Source of the DNA: an uncultured Candidatus Rokubacteria bacterium
Lineage (GTDB): Bacteria > Methylomirabilota > Methylomirabilia > Rokubacteriales > DASRDR01
Assembly (NCBI GenBank): GCA_963805625.1
Contig: CAWDVE010000019.1
Coordinates: 1-64,000 of the forward strand
Length of the DNA stretch: 64,000 nt
Reading direction: 5' to 3'
In this document: positions 29,154 through 38,660 of the stretch, piece by piece
Position numbering within the stretch: position 1 is the first letter of the stretch
Layout: every line of letters starts with the position of its first letter
Notes under the pieces: generated by a model
What the model saw: the letters and a program-made list of their open reading frames with translations, nothing else
Database searches by the model: none
What the model was told of the DNA's origin: nothing
Position numbers and translations under genes: made by a program

Positions 29154-30851
29154 ATGCGCTATTACGCGCTGGCGTGCGACTACGACGGCACCCTCGCGTA
29201 TGCGGGCCGGGCCGGCCCGGAGGCACTGGACGCCCTGCGCCGCCTTCGGGAGTCCGGCCGGAAGCTGATCCTGGTTACTGGCCGTCTGCTGCCGCACCTG
29301 GCCGCGATCCTGGAGCCGCTGGACCTCTTCGACCGGATCGTCGTCGAGAACGGCGCCGTCCTCTACCGGCCCTCGAGCCGGGAGGAGCAGCAGCTCGTCG
29401 AGTCTCTTCCCGAGGAGTTCGTCTCCACGCTCGCCAGCCGGGGCGTTGCGCCGCTCGAGCGGGGCCGGGTCATCGTCGCGACCGTGCGTCCCTTCGAAAC
29501 GACCGTGCTGACCGCCATCCGTGACCTAGGCCTGGAGCTGCAGGTCATCTTCAATCGCGACGCCGTGATGGTCTTGCCATCCGGAGTCAACAAGGGGACC
29601 GGGCTCCGCGCGGCGCTGGACGAGCTGGGGCTGTCGCCCCACAACGTCGTTGGGATTGGCGACGCCGAGAACGACCACGGGTTCCTGGAGTTATGCGAGT
29701 GCGCCGTCGCGGTCGCGGACGCGTTGCCCGCTGTGCGGCAGCGCGCCTATCTCGTGACGGCAGGCGAGAACACCAGGGGTGTCGCGGAGCTGGCGGCCCG
29801 GATTCTGGAGAACGACCTGGCTGGAGTCGCTCCCCACGAGAACGTCCTCGGGCACGCACCGGACGGAAGCGCAGTGACGGTGGCCGCGTACGGCGAGAAC
29901 GTCCTGATCGCCGGCCCGTCGGGCGGCGGGAAATCGACGCTCGCGAGCGGGTTTCTGGAGCAACTCCATGGACTGAGCTACCAGTTCTGCATCATCGATC
30001 CGGAGGGAGACTTCCAGGGGATCGCGTCGGCCACACCGCTCGGGGACGCGGAGCGGGCGCCGACGGTGCGGGAGGTGATTCAGCTTCTCGAGAAGCCCAC
30101 TCAGAGCGTTGCCGTCAACCTCCTCGGGGTGGGGCTGGAGCATCGGCCGGCATTCTTCGCGCAGCTTCTAACGGCGCTTCTCGAGCTGCGGGCACGCACC
30201 GGCCGACCACACTGGCTCGTCATCGACGAAGTGCACCACCTCCTGCCGCGAGAGCGCGCGGACGCGGAGCTCACCCTGCCCCAGGCGTTGCAAGGGGTCC
30301 TGATGATCACGGTTCACCCGGAGCACGTGTCGCCGGCGATCCTCGCATGGGTGGACGTTGCCGTCGCGATCGGGAAGACGCCGCACCAGACCCTGGAAGG
30401 CTTCGCGGCGACGCGGGGGATCAGGGCGCCGGCCGTGCCGCCGGATGACCTCCCAACCGGCGAGGCCCTCGCGTGGCGACCGGCGACGGGCGCGAACCCG
30501 GTGCGGTTCCGTGGTGTCGTGGCCCGCGGAGAGCGCCGCCGGCATCGCCGCAAGTACGCGGAGGGGGAGCTTCCGCCCGACCGCTCCTTCTATTTCCGCG
30601 GGCCAGACGGGAAGCTGAATCTTCGGGCGCAGAACCTTAGGATGTTCCTCCAGGTGGCCGATGGCGTCGACGAGGCGACGTGGCGCCATCACTTCCAGAA
30701 CGGGGATGTCGCCCAATGGCTCCGGAATGCGATCAAGGATCCCGAGCTCGCTGAGCAAGTGGCCGCGCTCGCCCGGCAGCGGATGCCGGCGGCCGAGTCG
30801 CGCCGGCAGGTGCGCGCCCTGATCGAGGAGCGTTACACCGAGGCGGCGTAG
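29154..30851 (+). CDS. HAD-IIB hydrolase fused to a P-loop ATPase
   Basis: DYDGT, NKG and GDAEND motifs; GPSGGGKST, IDPEGD and LVIDEVH motifs. Confidence 0.9.
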   Translation: MRYYALACDYDGTLAYAGRAGPEALDALRRLRESGRKLILVTGRLLPHLAAILEPLDLFDRIVVENGAVLYRPSSREEQQLVESLPEEFVSTLASRGVAPLERGRVIVATVRPFETTVLTAIRDLGLELQVIFNRDAVMVLPSGVNKGTGLRAALDELGLSPHNVVGIGDAENDHGFLELCECAVAVADALPAVRQRAYLVTAGENTRGVAELAARILENDLAGVAPHENVLGHAPDGSAVTVAAYGENVLIAGPSGGGKSTLASGFLEQLHGLSYQFCIIDPEGDFQGIASATPLGDAERAPTVREVIQLLEKPTQSVAVNLLGVGLEHRPAFFAQLLTALLELRARTGRPHWLVIDEVHHLLPRERADAELTLPQALQGVLMITVHPEHVSPAILAWVDVAVAIGKTPHQTLEGFAATRGIRAPAVPPDDLPTGEALAWRPATGANPVRFRGVVARGERRRHRRKYAEGELPPDRSFYFRGPDGKLNLRAQNLRMFLQVADGVDEATWRHHFQNGDVAQWLRNAIKDPELAEQVAALARQRMPAAESRRQVRALIEERYTEAA

Positions 30852-31070
30852 GGCGAGCTCGCCGCGCCGGTGGGCGCTCGCGGGCTGGCCGGCCGCAGGT
30901 GGGCGCGGACTTCACCACCGCGCCCCGGCTGAACGACACGACTCGGGACGCGTTCCGCGAACGAGTCGATGCCCTGGTCGTCTCGCGCAACATGATGTCT
31001 AGTGCTACGTGGCAAGCATGGCACCGGCACCAGGACAGGGGGGCATCCGCTTACCCCCTTGAAAGGTAGT

Positions 31071-31120
31071 CCTGACCCACTGACCGCGATGGTGCGCGGC
31101 CGGCGCGGGCGGTGTCAGGG
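31071..31120 (+). repeat. Dispersed ~50-bp repeat, copy 2
   Basis: Matches 28260-28310 with a few differences. Confidence 0.75.
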
Positions 31121-31377
31121 CAGGGAGACGCGGCGGGCCCGAGCCGCCGCGGCGGATCGGAAGATCTGGTTTACCTCCTGGAGATTGGTCATGGCCGATG
31201 CATCCGGGACAAGGGCGCCGGTGAGGGACCGGCTGACCGAGGGGCCTGCGCCACGTCAGGGTGGGACGGTACTCGGGCCGCGCTCATTTGACGTCTGGGC
31301 TCGTTGCCACTTCGTTGCCATTGCGATGGGCGCTCGGGGCTCTCGAGGGCACGCGCACTGTTCGGGATCGTGAGGCC

Positions 31378-31573
31378 GGGTGGGTCTGTCTCGAGGACGT
31401 CGAGTTCGCGACCCTCGAGTGGGTCGCGTGGGACAACAGGCACCGCCTGCTTGCTCCGCTAGGGGTGCGTGCCCCCGGCCGAGTTCGAGCAGGCCTATCG
31501 TGACCGTCAGGCGGCTCCGGCCGGACTGGCGGTCCTCACGTAACGAGCGCTCCGGAGGACCCGGGGCGGTTCA
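31378..31573 (+). mobile_element. IS3-family (IS6110/IS51-like) right-end remnant
   Basis: LEDVEFATLEWVAW..RLL.PLG transposase tail; terminal IR reads TGAACCGCCCCGGGTCCTCCGGAG on the minus strand at 31550-31573. Confidence 0.8.
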
Positions 31574-32324
31574 GAGCCTTTGTCAGCGGCGGATAGCCGA
31601 GGGCGTCGGCTGATGCGTCCTGCAGGCCGTCGCGATCCTCGTGCGCGCGTCCCAGCGCTTCCTTGAGCCGCGTCAGGTCCTCCTCGATGCGGGCGCCCGG
31701 GTCCTCACCGAGCAGGGCGGTGATCATGTGCGCGAGCTCGCCGCCCGGGGGGCTGTACTGCAGTGACACGCGCACCATGGTGCTGCCGCCGGCCATGGGC
31801 TCGAAGCGCACCGAGCCCGCGGACTTGACGCTCGAGCCCTCCGTCTGCCACGCGATCAGCTCGTTCGCCTTGTCGTTGATGATCTCCGCGTCCCACTCGA
31901 ACTTGACGCCCATGGGTCCCTTAACCACCCAGTGCGACCGCGTATCCGAGTGCACCGTCACGGATTCGAGGTTGGGCATGATCGTCGGGAGGTTGCGGAA
32001 GTCCCGCCAGAAGCGGTAGATCTTCTCGGCCGGCTCGTCCATCGAGACCGCCCGCTCGACCTTGACGCCGAGATTGCCGCGACGACCTTGCTCGTCGGTG
32101 GCGCGGTCGATGCTGAGCAGATGATAGACGGCGCAGAATCCCCGGAGACCGCGGTACAGGAGCGTGGCGCCTGTCGCCGCCAGGCCCAAGCCGGTGCGGG
32201 ATCGACGCAGGAGCCCGAACACCACCAGCCCGGATCCCAGGGCAATCGAGGCGATCCGCTCGCCGTGTCCCACGTTCACCGATTGCGTCGCGGCCGGCTG
32301 CTCAGCTTGCGAGAGAGTCTGCAT
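31536..32324 (-). CDS. DUF2892 + SRPBCC (cyclase/dehydrase) protein
   Basis: NVGHGER, GFCAVY, YRFWRDFRNLP, RSHWVVKGP, EWDAEI, YSPPGG; the last 11 or so codons come from the IS end. Confidence 0.88.
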   Translation of the reverse strand: MQTLSQAEQPAATQSVNVGHGERIASIALGSGLVVFGLLRRSRTGLGLAATGATLLYRGLRGFCAVYHLLSIDRATDEQGRRGNLGVKVERAVSMDEPAEKIYRFWRDFRNLPTIMPNLESVTVHSDTRSHWVVKGPMGVKFEWDAEIINDKANELIAWQTEGSSVKSAGSVRFEPMAGGSTMVRVSLQYSPPGGELAHMITALLGEDPGARIEEDLTRLKEALGRAHEDRDGLQDASADALGYPPLTKALNRPGSSGALVT

Positions 32325-32336
32325 GTCGGGCTCCTT

Positions 32337-32499
32337 GGGATGCCGGGCTAATCCGGCGAGGTGTTGCGAATGAAACGGTCGTACGCTCCGGCGGCGTAGC
32401 CAGACCGCCCGCCTCACCTGGGAGCGGATGCGGTGGCTCATTCGGCGCTGGCTGCTCCCCGCGCGCTTTACTCATCCCTATTCCCCTGAGGTGACTTAG
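32337..32499 (+). mobile_element. Group II intron remnant (maturase C-terminus)
   Basis: 32386-32499 encodes LRRRSQTARLTWERMRWLIRRWLLPARFTHPY; no RT core or domain V. Confidence 0.65.
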
Positions 32500-32839
32500 A
32501 CGACAAGCGCCTTGCACTGGCGTGCGAATGTCGGGGGCAGGATCTCCACGGGTACCAGCGAGCGGGATTACCTGCACTGGACTCTTGCCTCAGGTGACAA
32601 TGTTAGCGACCGCCTCCCACACGCCCTACCGACCTTCGGGGACCGCCGCCCGCGCCAGACCGGGGTAGCGATCCGAAAGATGGCTATGCTCCGAGCAAGA
32701 AGGGTGCCTTGCGCTCATCTGCGGGACTGTTCGGCGTTGGGCGCTACCCCGGCTGCTCGCGATACAACCGCACCGCCCGCCTCAGTCCCTGCGGCGGCCA
32801 TCTTGGCGCGGCGACGCCACAATGTCTGCTTCAGCGTCG

Positions 32840-33547
32840 CTACGGCGTCGGTTGGATGGTCAACTCGCCCGTCGAACGCAGCGTGATGGCGTAGATGCGG
32901 TCCTTCCTGAGCCGTGTCGAGACGGCCTCGCCGTGGAGGGCTCGGACCCCGCGCTCGCGGGCCGCCTCCGGATCGTTGGCCAACTCCCAGAAGCGTGCCC
33001 AGAGCTCGCGCTCGAACGCCGTCGGCGCGCGCTCGGCGGCGTAGCTCTGCGGCATCTGTCCCTCTCGATCCAGCACGTCTCCGTCCGCGGGCCGGCGACG
33101 GTCGGTAAAGATCCGCCGGAAGAGCAGCAGTGCCTTGCCCTTGAGCGCGTCGCCAGCGGTCACGAATGTGTCCTCGAACTTGATGACGAGCGCGTCGACA
33201 TAGACCTCGTCGCCGTCAAGCAAGAGCTCCCGGGGCTCGCCGACGGGGTTGCCCTGGGCGTCGAGCTCGGTGAACCGGACGCGTGTCCGGACGTGCCCCT
33301 CAGGGCCCGGCGCTTGATCCAGCACGACGAGACGGGCGCGTCGCTCCGTGTGTCGGAGAAGCCGGACGGCGGCCTCGAGGGCCTGGTTCCGCTCCGTGAG
33401 TTGGCGGATCTGGGCGTCACGCTCGGCCAGCTGCCGCTGCAGCGCCCGTCCCGGGGCCAGGACCATTCGGTCCGCCAGATAGACGCTTCCCGTGGCCGCG
33501 GCGACGAGCAACAGCATCCAGAGGTGCCACGGCCGGGGTCCGCTCAT
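32840..33547 (-). CDS. Membrane-anchored coiled-coil hypothetical protein
   Basis: N-terminal TM helix, heptad region, globular domain (GDEVYVDALVIKF). Confidence 0.75.
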   Translation of the reverse strand: MSGPRPWHLWMLLLVAAATGSVYLADRMVLAPGRALQRQLAERDAQIRQLTERNQALEAAVRLLRHTERRARLVVLDQAPGPEGHVRTRVRFTELDAQGNPVGEPRELLLDGDEVYVDALVIKFEDTFVTAGDALKGKALLLFRRIFTDRRRPADGDVLDREGQMPQSYAAERAPTAFERELWARFWELANDPEAARERGVRALHGEAVSTRLRKDRIYAITLRSTGELTIQPTP

Positions 33548-33904
33548 TGCGATGGTGCGTCCGTCGACCCGGTCATGGCGGACCCGGCGATGGACCTCAC
33601 TTGTCTGGCCATCATGATGGGATGGTACCCCAGGCGAGCGTCATCTCTCACCGTCGGAGTTGCCGGAGGTGGGCCCATCCCAGCTCGCACGACGCCAAGA
33701 GAGCCCCGAGGTCTTGGTGAAGTCGGCCCATCGCGGCGTCGAGTGTCCAGCCGGCGTACGGGCTCATGGCGGCGCGGGTCACCCACCCGACGACTGGGTC
33801 CGCTCCCCGACGTCAGCCAGGAGAGCTGTCCGGCGGCCAGCCGCAACGTGCTGGGCATACGGCGGCGCGCGAGGGGAGGTCGTTCTTCTAGCAGATCAGC
33901 GGGT

Positions 33905-34819
33905 TCAGGGCGCAAGCGGATTCAATACGTGCCACCACAGGGGTAGCGTGAGAAACGACAGCGGGATTCCGATGCCCACCATCAGCGTGACGAGCGCCGG
34001 GTCGAGGTCATGGTCGACGGCGACGATCGCCGCGCCGATCTGGGGCGCCATCGCTGCCTCGAAAATCGTGATCTGGATGGTCTCTCCGCGCGCGCCGAAG
34101 AGGCCGGCGAAGAGCAGCGCCACCACCGCCGGTCCGGCCACGAGCTTGAACCCGAGCCCCATTCCTAGCTCGCGCAGCTTTCCGCCAACGGCGCTCCATT
34201 GAATTTGGTAGCCGACGGAGACGAGCGCCAGAGGCACGAGCGTCGCCCCCAGCCGTCGCAACAGCGCGTCGAACCAGGCCGGGTATGCGACCGGAATCAG
34301 GAGGAGTGCAACGACGAGCGCGACGAAGGGCGCGAAGGTCAGCAATCTTCGGATCACCGACCGCGCGCTGATTCCCGCTCCGTGTCCAAACAGCGCCGCC
34401 ACCAGGAGCCCGACGGTCGACAGCACCAGATAGGTACCCATCTGGTCGATCAGGATGCCCAGGCCGAGTCCCTGTGGGCCGTAATACGTCTCGATCATCG
34501 GGAGCCCGATGAACGAAGTGTTGGCGAGTGACCCCGTCAGGATGAGGGCTCCGACGGTTTCTCTGGGCAGTGCGAACACGCGCCCGAGCCCCCGGAACAC
34601 GAGGAATCCGACGCCGAACATGACCCACGCCATAGCGATCGGGAACAGAAGCCCAGCGTCGACTCGAAGGGCATGAACGTAGAGTAGGGTCAACGCCGGG
34701 AGCGAGATGTGAATCACGAATCCGTTCAGGGCGGCGTGCGCATTCGCGGGAAGGCGACCGCTTCGCCGCAGCAGCATGCCGATGAGAAAGCATGCGACCA
34801 ACAGGATGAAGTTGTTCAC
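33905..34819 (-). CDS. AEC family transporter
   Basis: About 10 TM helices, ISLPAL, ANTSFIGLP, EAAMAP. Confidence 0.9.
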   Translation of the reverse strand: MNNFILLVACFLIGMLLRRSGRLPANAHAALNGFVIHISLPALTLLYVHALRVDAGLLFPIAMAWVMFGVGFLVFRGLGRVFALPRETVGALILTGSLANTSFIGLPMIETYYGPQGLGLGILIDQMGTYLVLSTVGLLVAALFGHGAGISARSVIRRLLTFAPFVALVVALLLIPVAYPAWFDALLRRLGATLVPLALVSVGYQIQWSAVGGKLRELGMGLGFKLVAGPAVVALLFAGLFGARGETIQITIFEAAMAPQIGAAIVAVDHDLDPALVTLMVGIGIPLSFLTLPLWWHVLNPLAP

Positions 34820-34972
34820 GTCCGCCGTCCTCCTCGTCGCCGACGCAGACGTACCACCGGCGACGCCTTGCCGCGTTTCACCTGCCGGCGTATCTTAAGA
34901 ACCTCGGCGACTTGGGTCCACACGACTGCTCTTGGGCAACCCGACCCGTGGAGACGAGATAGGGACAGGACG

Positions 34973-35461
34973 ATGGTGAAGTCCACGACCGATAGCGTGG
35001 CAGCATTCGTCCGGCCGGCGAGGGGCGACAAGAGCGGAGAAGTATTAGTCATCTCTGGCTGGCGTCCGGCGGACTGGGAGACGTTGTTCTCCTATGCCCA
35101 GCGGGTGCATGTCCGGCGCGGACACGTCCTCATCAGGAAGCAGGCGTCCGAACGGGCGCTCTTCTTCCTCGCGTCCGGCCTCCTCGAAGTCACGGCTGTC
35201 CTGAGCAGCCATAGTCTCGAGGCGATCGCGCAAGTTCACCCCGGCTCGGTGGTGGGAGAGCTCGCGTTTCTGGACGGCATGCCCCGATCAGCGAAGGTCT
35301 GGGCTGTGACCGACAGTGACCTCTACCGACTCGACTTCGTTGACTACCAGCGCTTCGCCGCCGACCACCCGCGACAGACGTGCGACCTGCTCTTCGCGAT
35401 CGGTCGCGTGGTGGCGCTACGTCTCCGACACACCCGGACACGTCTGTCGCAGAGTTCGTGA
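34973..35461 (+). CDS. Stand-alone cyclic-nucleotide-binding domain protein
   Basis: GELAFLDGMPRSA phosphate-binding cassette. Confidence 0.85.
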   Translation: MVKSTTDSVAAFVRPARGDKSGEVLVISGWRPADWETLFSYAQRVHVRRGHVLIRKQASERALFFLASGLLEVTAVLSSHSLEAIAQVHPGSVVGELAFLDGMPRSAKVWAVTDSDLYRLDFVDYQRFAADHPRQTCDLLFAIGRVVALRLRHTRTRLSQSS

Positions 35462-35668
35462 GGCGCGTGTAACAGGGTCTGTCCTGGGTGGTTGGAGCGG
35501 TGCCGCCACGGGGATAGTCGACTATAGAGCCCTTCTGTGCCATTTCCCCATGCCAACAGCAGGCTACTAGGGCACCAGACGGCGGGGGAATGCGCCCCGC
35601 CGTTGGCCGAGGCCGCGTGGGCGGTGGTGGAGCCGGCGTAGACGTGCTGGCACACTTAAGCGGCTCGT

Positions 35669-36358
35669 CTACTGTACGCGGAACGTCGTCGTCTGCGACG
35701 CTCGGCGGTCGCCCATCGCGACCGTCGTCGTGACCTCGTACGGCCCCCGGGCCGCGGTCGCGGGAAGGGTGATGGGTAGTGAGGTCGTGTAGGTGCCGTT
35801 CGTCCGCGCCACGTTGGTCGTCGGGTTGGCTACCAGCTCGCCGAGATAGCGCACCTCGCGCGTCTCCCGGACCTCGAGCCACTGGTCGGGCGGCGTCAGC
35901 ACCGTGTACGTAGCGCCGAGGTTCACCGTGCCGCCGGGAGGAACGACGGCCGGGACCATCTGGACTCGATCCATCCGGACCCCCGGTCCATCGTCCGGCC
36001 GGTACACCGGTGACGGCTGGCTCGGGGCCGGTGAGGTGCTCGGCGCGGGGGCGCTCGCGACCTGCGTTGCCGCGTCGTCGCGGCGCTCGATGTAGTTCCC
36101 GATCGCGCCGCCAGCCAGCCCTCCCAAGAGGCCGCCGATGACCGCCCCCTTCGTGCCCCCCGCCAAGCCTCCCACGACTGCTCCCCCGACCGCACCGGCA
36201 CCGGCGCCCACAACGGTTCCGGGATGTTGCTGGACGGTCTCGCTGGCCACCTCTCCCGGGTTCTTCCCCGTCTGGGTCGTCTGGCAGCCCGCAAGGCCGC
36301 CCGCGAGGATTGCGACCGAGACGATCGCTCGCGTCGTGCCCATGCGCATCGCGCTCAT
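35669..36358 (-). CDS. Glycine-zipper lipoprotein
   Basis: Lipobox LAGC, GAGAGAVGGAVVGG zipper, beta-rich C-terminal domain. Confidence 0.85.
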   Translation of the reverse strand: MSAMRMGTTRAIVSVAILAGGLAGCQTTQTGKNPGEVASETVQQHPGTVVGAGAGAVGGAVVGGLAGGTKGAVIGGLLGGLAGGAIGNYIERRDDAATQVASAPAPSTSPAPSQPSPVYRPDDGPGVRMDRVQMVPAVVPPGGTVNLGATYTVLTPPDQWLEVRETREVRYLGELVANPTTNVARTNGTYTTSLPITLPATAARGPYEVTTTVAMGDRRASQTTTFRVQ

Positions 36359-36649
36359 GCCTGCCTCCCGCTTCCCCGCCGCGTGGCCGCGCCATCCTGC
36401 CGCCATGCCGTCACGATGACGGGCCCGCAGCGTGACTGTCGCCGTAAGGTTTCGCCGCCGAAGACCCGAGCGTCCTCACCATCAGGTCTCGAGCATTCCC
36501 GGAGATCGGTGAGGCAAGTGCCGTGCCAGGCCCCTCGCGCGACCGAGAGGAGAGGACGCGCCTCGACGAACGGTTTGGCTTGACCTCACTCGACCCGGAG
36601 TTCAACCTTGCGCATAAGGCCACCTCGCGGTGGTAAGGAAGGAGCGGGC

Positions 36650-37369
36650 ATGCGTCGAGTCTCCGCCGCCCTGTGTCTGGCGCTCGTCGCCCTTGGAGGC
36701 TGCGTCAGCTCGTCCCCGCGGGCAGGCTCGCGCCGGTCGCTTCCCCTCGCGCATGATGGGCAGATCGTGGTCGTGACGTCCGGGGAAAGCAGGTTCAGCG
36801 TCATGCATGAGGGCAACGCGCAGCTCGATCCCACTCTGGACGACGTTCTCAGGTGGGTCCCGTATGGTGCGCTCTGGCGAGCGGTCGCCCAGCTGGCCGT
36901 GTCAGGCGTGAACGAGCTGAGCGAGGCGGAGCGTCGAGCGGCCACGGCGCCACACGTGCGAGGGCTCGCCCCGCGGACCGTCGTGGCCGAGGCCTTCGCG
37001 CGCGCGCTCGTGGGGAGCGGGGGAATTCGAGAGGTTCGCACGCTGGACACGGAGCCCCTCGGCGCCGACCGCCGTGGCGCCGTCGCGATCGTGCGCCTCG
37101 CGGTCCCGCGCTGGGGTCTCCTGCGAGTGCTGGAGGGCAAGCCGGACCTCGTGGCCGCCTTTGCCGACGTCAGCGCCCAGGCGGTGGTGCCTGAGACGGG
37201 CGCCGTCCTGTGGGAGCACGAAGAGGACGTTACGCATCCGGATCGACTTCCGCTCGACGCCTTCACCCGCGACCGCCAGTTCACGCGGCAGGGTATCGTC
37301 GACGTACTCGAGCGCGCCGGCCGACGTCTGGCCGCCGAGTACCTGTACGCCAAGATGCCGGGCCGATGA
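36650..37369 (+). CDS. Putative lipoprotein
   Basis: AAGGAG RBS, lipobox LGGC. Confidence 0.7.
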   Translation: MRRVSAALCLALVALGGCVSSSPRAGSRRSLPLAHDGQIVVVTSGESRFSVMHEGNAQLDPTLDDVLRWVPYGALWRAVAQLAVSGVNELSEAERRAATAPHVRGLAPRTVVAEAFARALVGSGGIREVRTLDTEPLGADRRGAVAIVRLAVPRWGLLRVLEGKPDLVAAFADVSAQAVVPETGAVLWEHEEDVTHPDRLPLDAFTRDRQFTRQGIVDVLERAGRRLAAEYLYAKMPGR

Positions 37370-37953
37370 GCGGCGGCTGGCCGCTGCGATTCCTGGTCGT
37401 CCTTGCCGTCCTGGCCGCGGTCGGCGGATGCGGTTCCGCGCTCGACGTGCGATACCCCGAGACTGCCGCGAATCCCGCGCTCCTGTCGTCAATCCCGCCG
37501 CGACGGATCGTGATCGGACCGGTGACCGACCGGCGCGCGGACCGAACGCGCATCGGCGTCAGGCCGGCGTCCCAGGACGCGATCGTGACGCGGCGGCCGG
37601 TGGAGGAGATCGTGCGAGAGGCGCTCGCCGTCGAACTCGTAAAGAATGGGCACGCGGTAGACGGTAGCCCCGGCGACCTCGTGGTCGCCGCCGACGTGGA
37701 GGACTTCTGGCTCGACGCGGCGCGGCGGCGGGCGGCGACGCAATACGTCGGGCGCGTGGTCATTGCGCTCGCCGTGGCCGACGCGCATTCCGGCGGCCGG
37801 CTGTTGACGCGTCGCTACATCGGGATCAAGCGGCGAGAGGCCGACGCGGACGCCGAGGGCGCCTGGCGCGAGGTCATGGACGCCGCGCTCGCCCGAGCGA
37901 TCCGCGACATGGCGACCGATCCCGACCTGGTTGCCGCGCTCGCTCGCCGCTGA
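37366..37953 (+). CDS. Putative lipoprotein (YajG-like)
   Basis: ATGA overlap with upstream gene, lipobox VGGC, VTDRR..IG motif. Confidence 0.7.
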   Translation: MSGGWPLRFLVVLAVLAAVGGCGSALDVRYPETAANPALLSSIPPRRIVIGPVTDRRADRTRIGVRPASQDAIVTRRPVEEIVREALAVELVKNGHAVDGSPGDLVVAADVEDFWLDAARRRAATQYVGRVVIALAVADAHSGGRLLTRRYIGIKRREADADAEGAWREVMDAALARAIRDMATDPDLVAALARR

Positions 37954-38065
37954 GCCGACCGGCTCCGCCGGGACCATCGACTCGCGCGAATCCGATGAGC
38001 TGGCGGCGCCGGCAGCGGAGGATAGTCGACAGCCCTTCGCGGTCGTTTCCTCAGGAGGCTGGCGG

Positions 38066-38480
38066 ATGAAGGCAGCCTTGGCGCGCCGGCGGGACCGGCG
38101 CATGACCGGGCGCGCGCAACTCGCCATCGACGCCGACCGGCCGGTGCGTCACACGGTCGAGGTCCGGCACGCGAGTTTCGTGAATGACGAATTCCGGTGC
38201 CTCGCGACGCGGCACAGCGTCGCGGTCGTGGTCGCGGACACTGCGGGCAAGTGGCCGATGATCCTCGACGCCGCCTCGGACTTCGTCTACACGCGGCTTC
38301 ACGGCGACGTCCGGATCTACACGAGCGGCTACTCGGAACGGGCCCTCCTGGGCTGGGCGCGACGCATCCGACGCTGGGCTCGGGACGGGCGCGACGTCTA
38401 CGTGTACTTCGGCAACGACATCGAGGTGAGGGCGCCGTTTGACGCGCTCGGCCTGATGCGCCTGCCTGGTCTCGAGTGGC
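38066..38480 (+). pseudogene. DUF72 protein C-terminal remnant
   Basis: EVRHASF, VADTAGKWP, FVYTRLHG, YVYFGND..APFDA; N-terminal half absent. Confidence 0.75.
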
Positions 38481-38660
38481 CTCCGCGCGCTGGCGGCGGG
38501 GAAGAGTCCGACCTGCCGCGACATGCGGCGGGCGCGCCCGTCCCGCGCGTGCCGGACGGGCATGGCCCCCGGGTTACCGGCGGGCGCGTGTGGGAGGTTC
38601 TGCGAAGAGCGGGAGTCACCGGCCCGGCGGGCCGACGGCTGACGCGCCGCACGACCGCGG

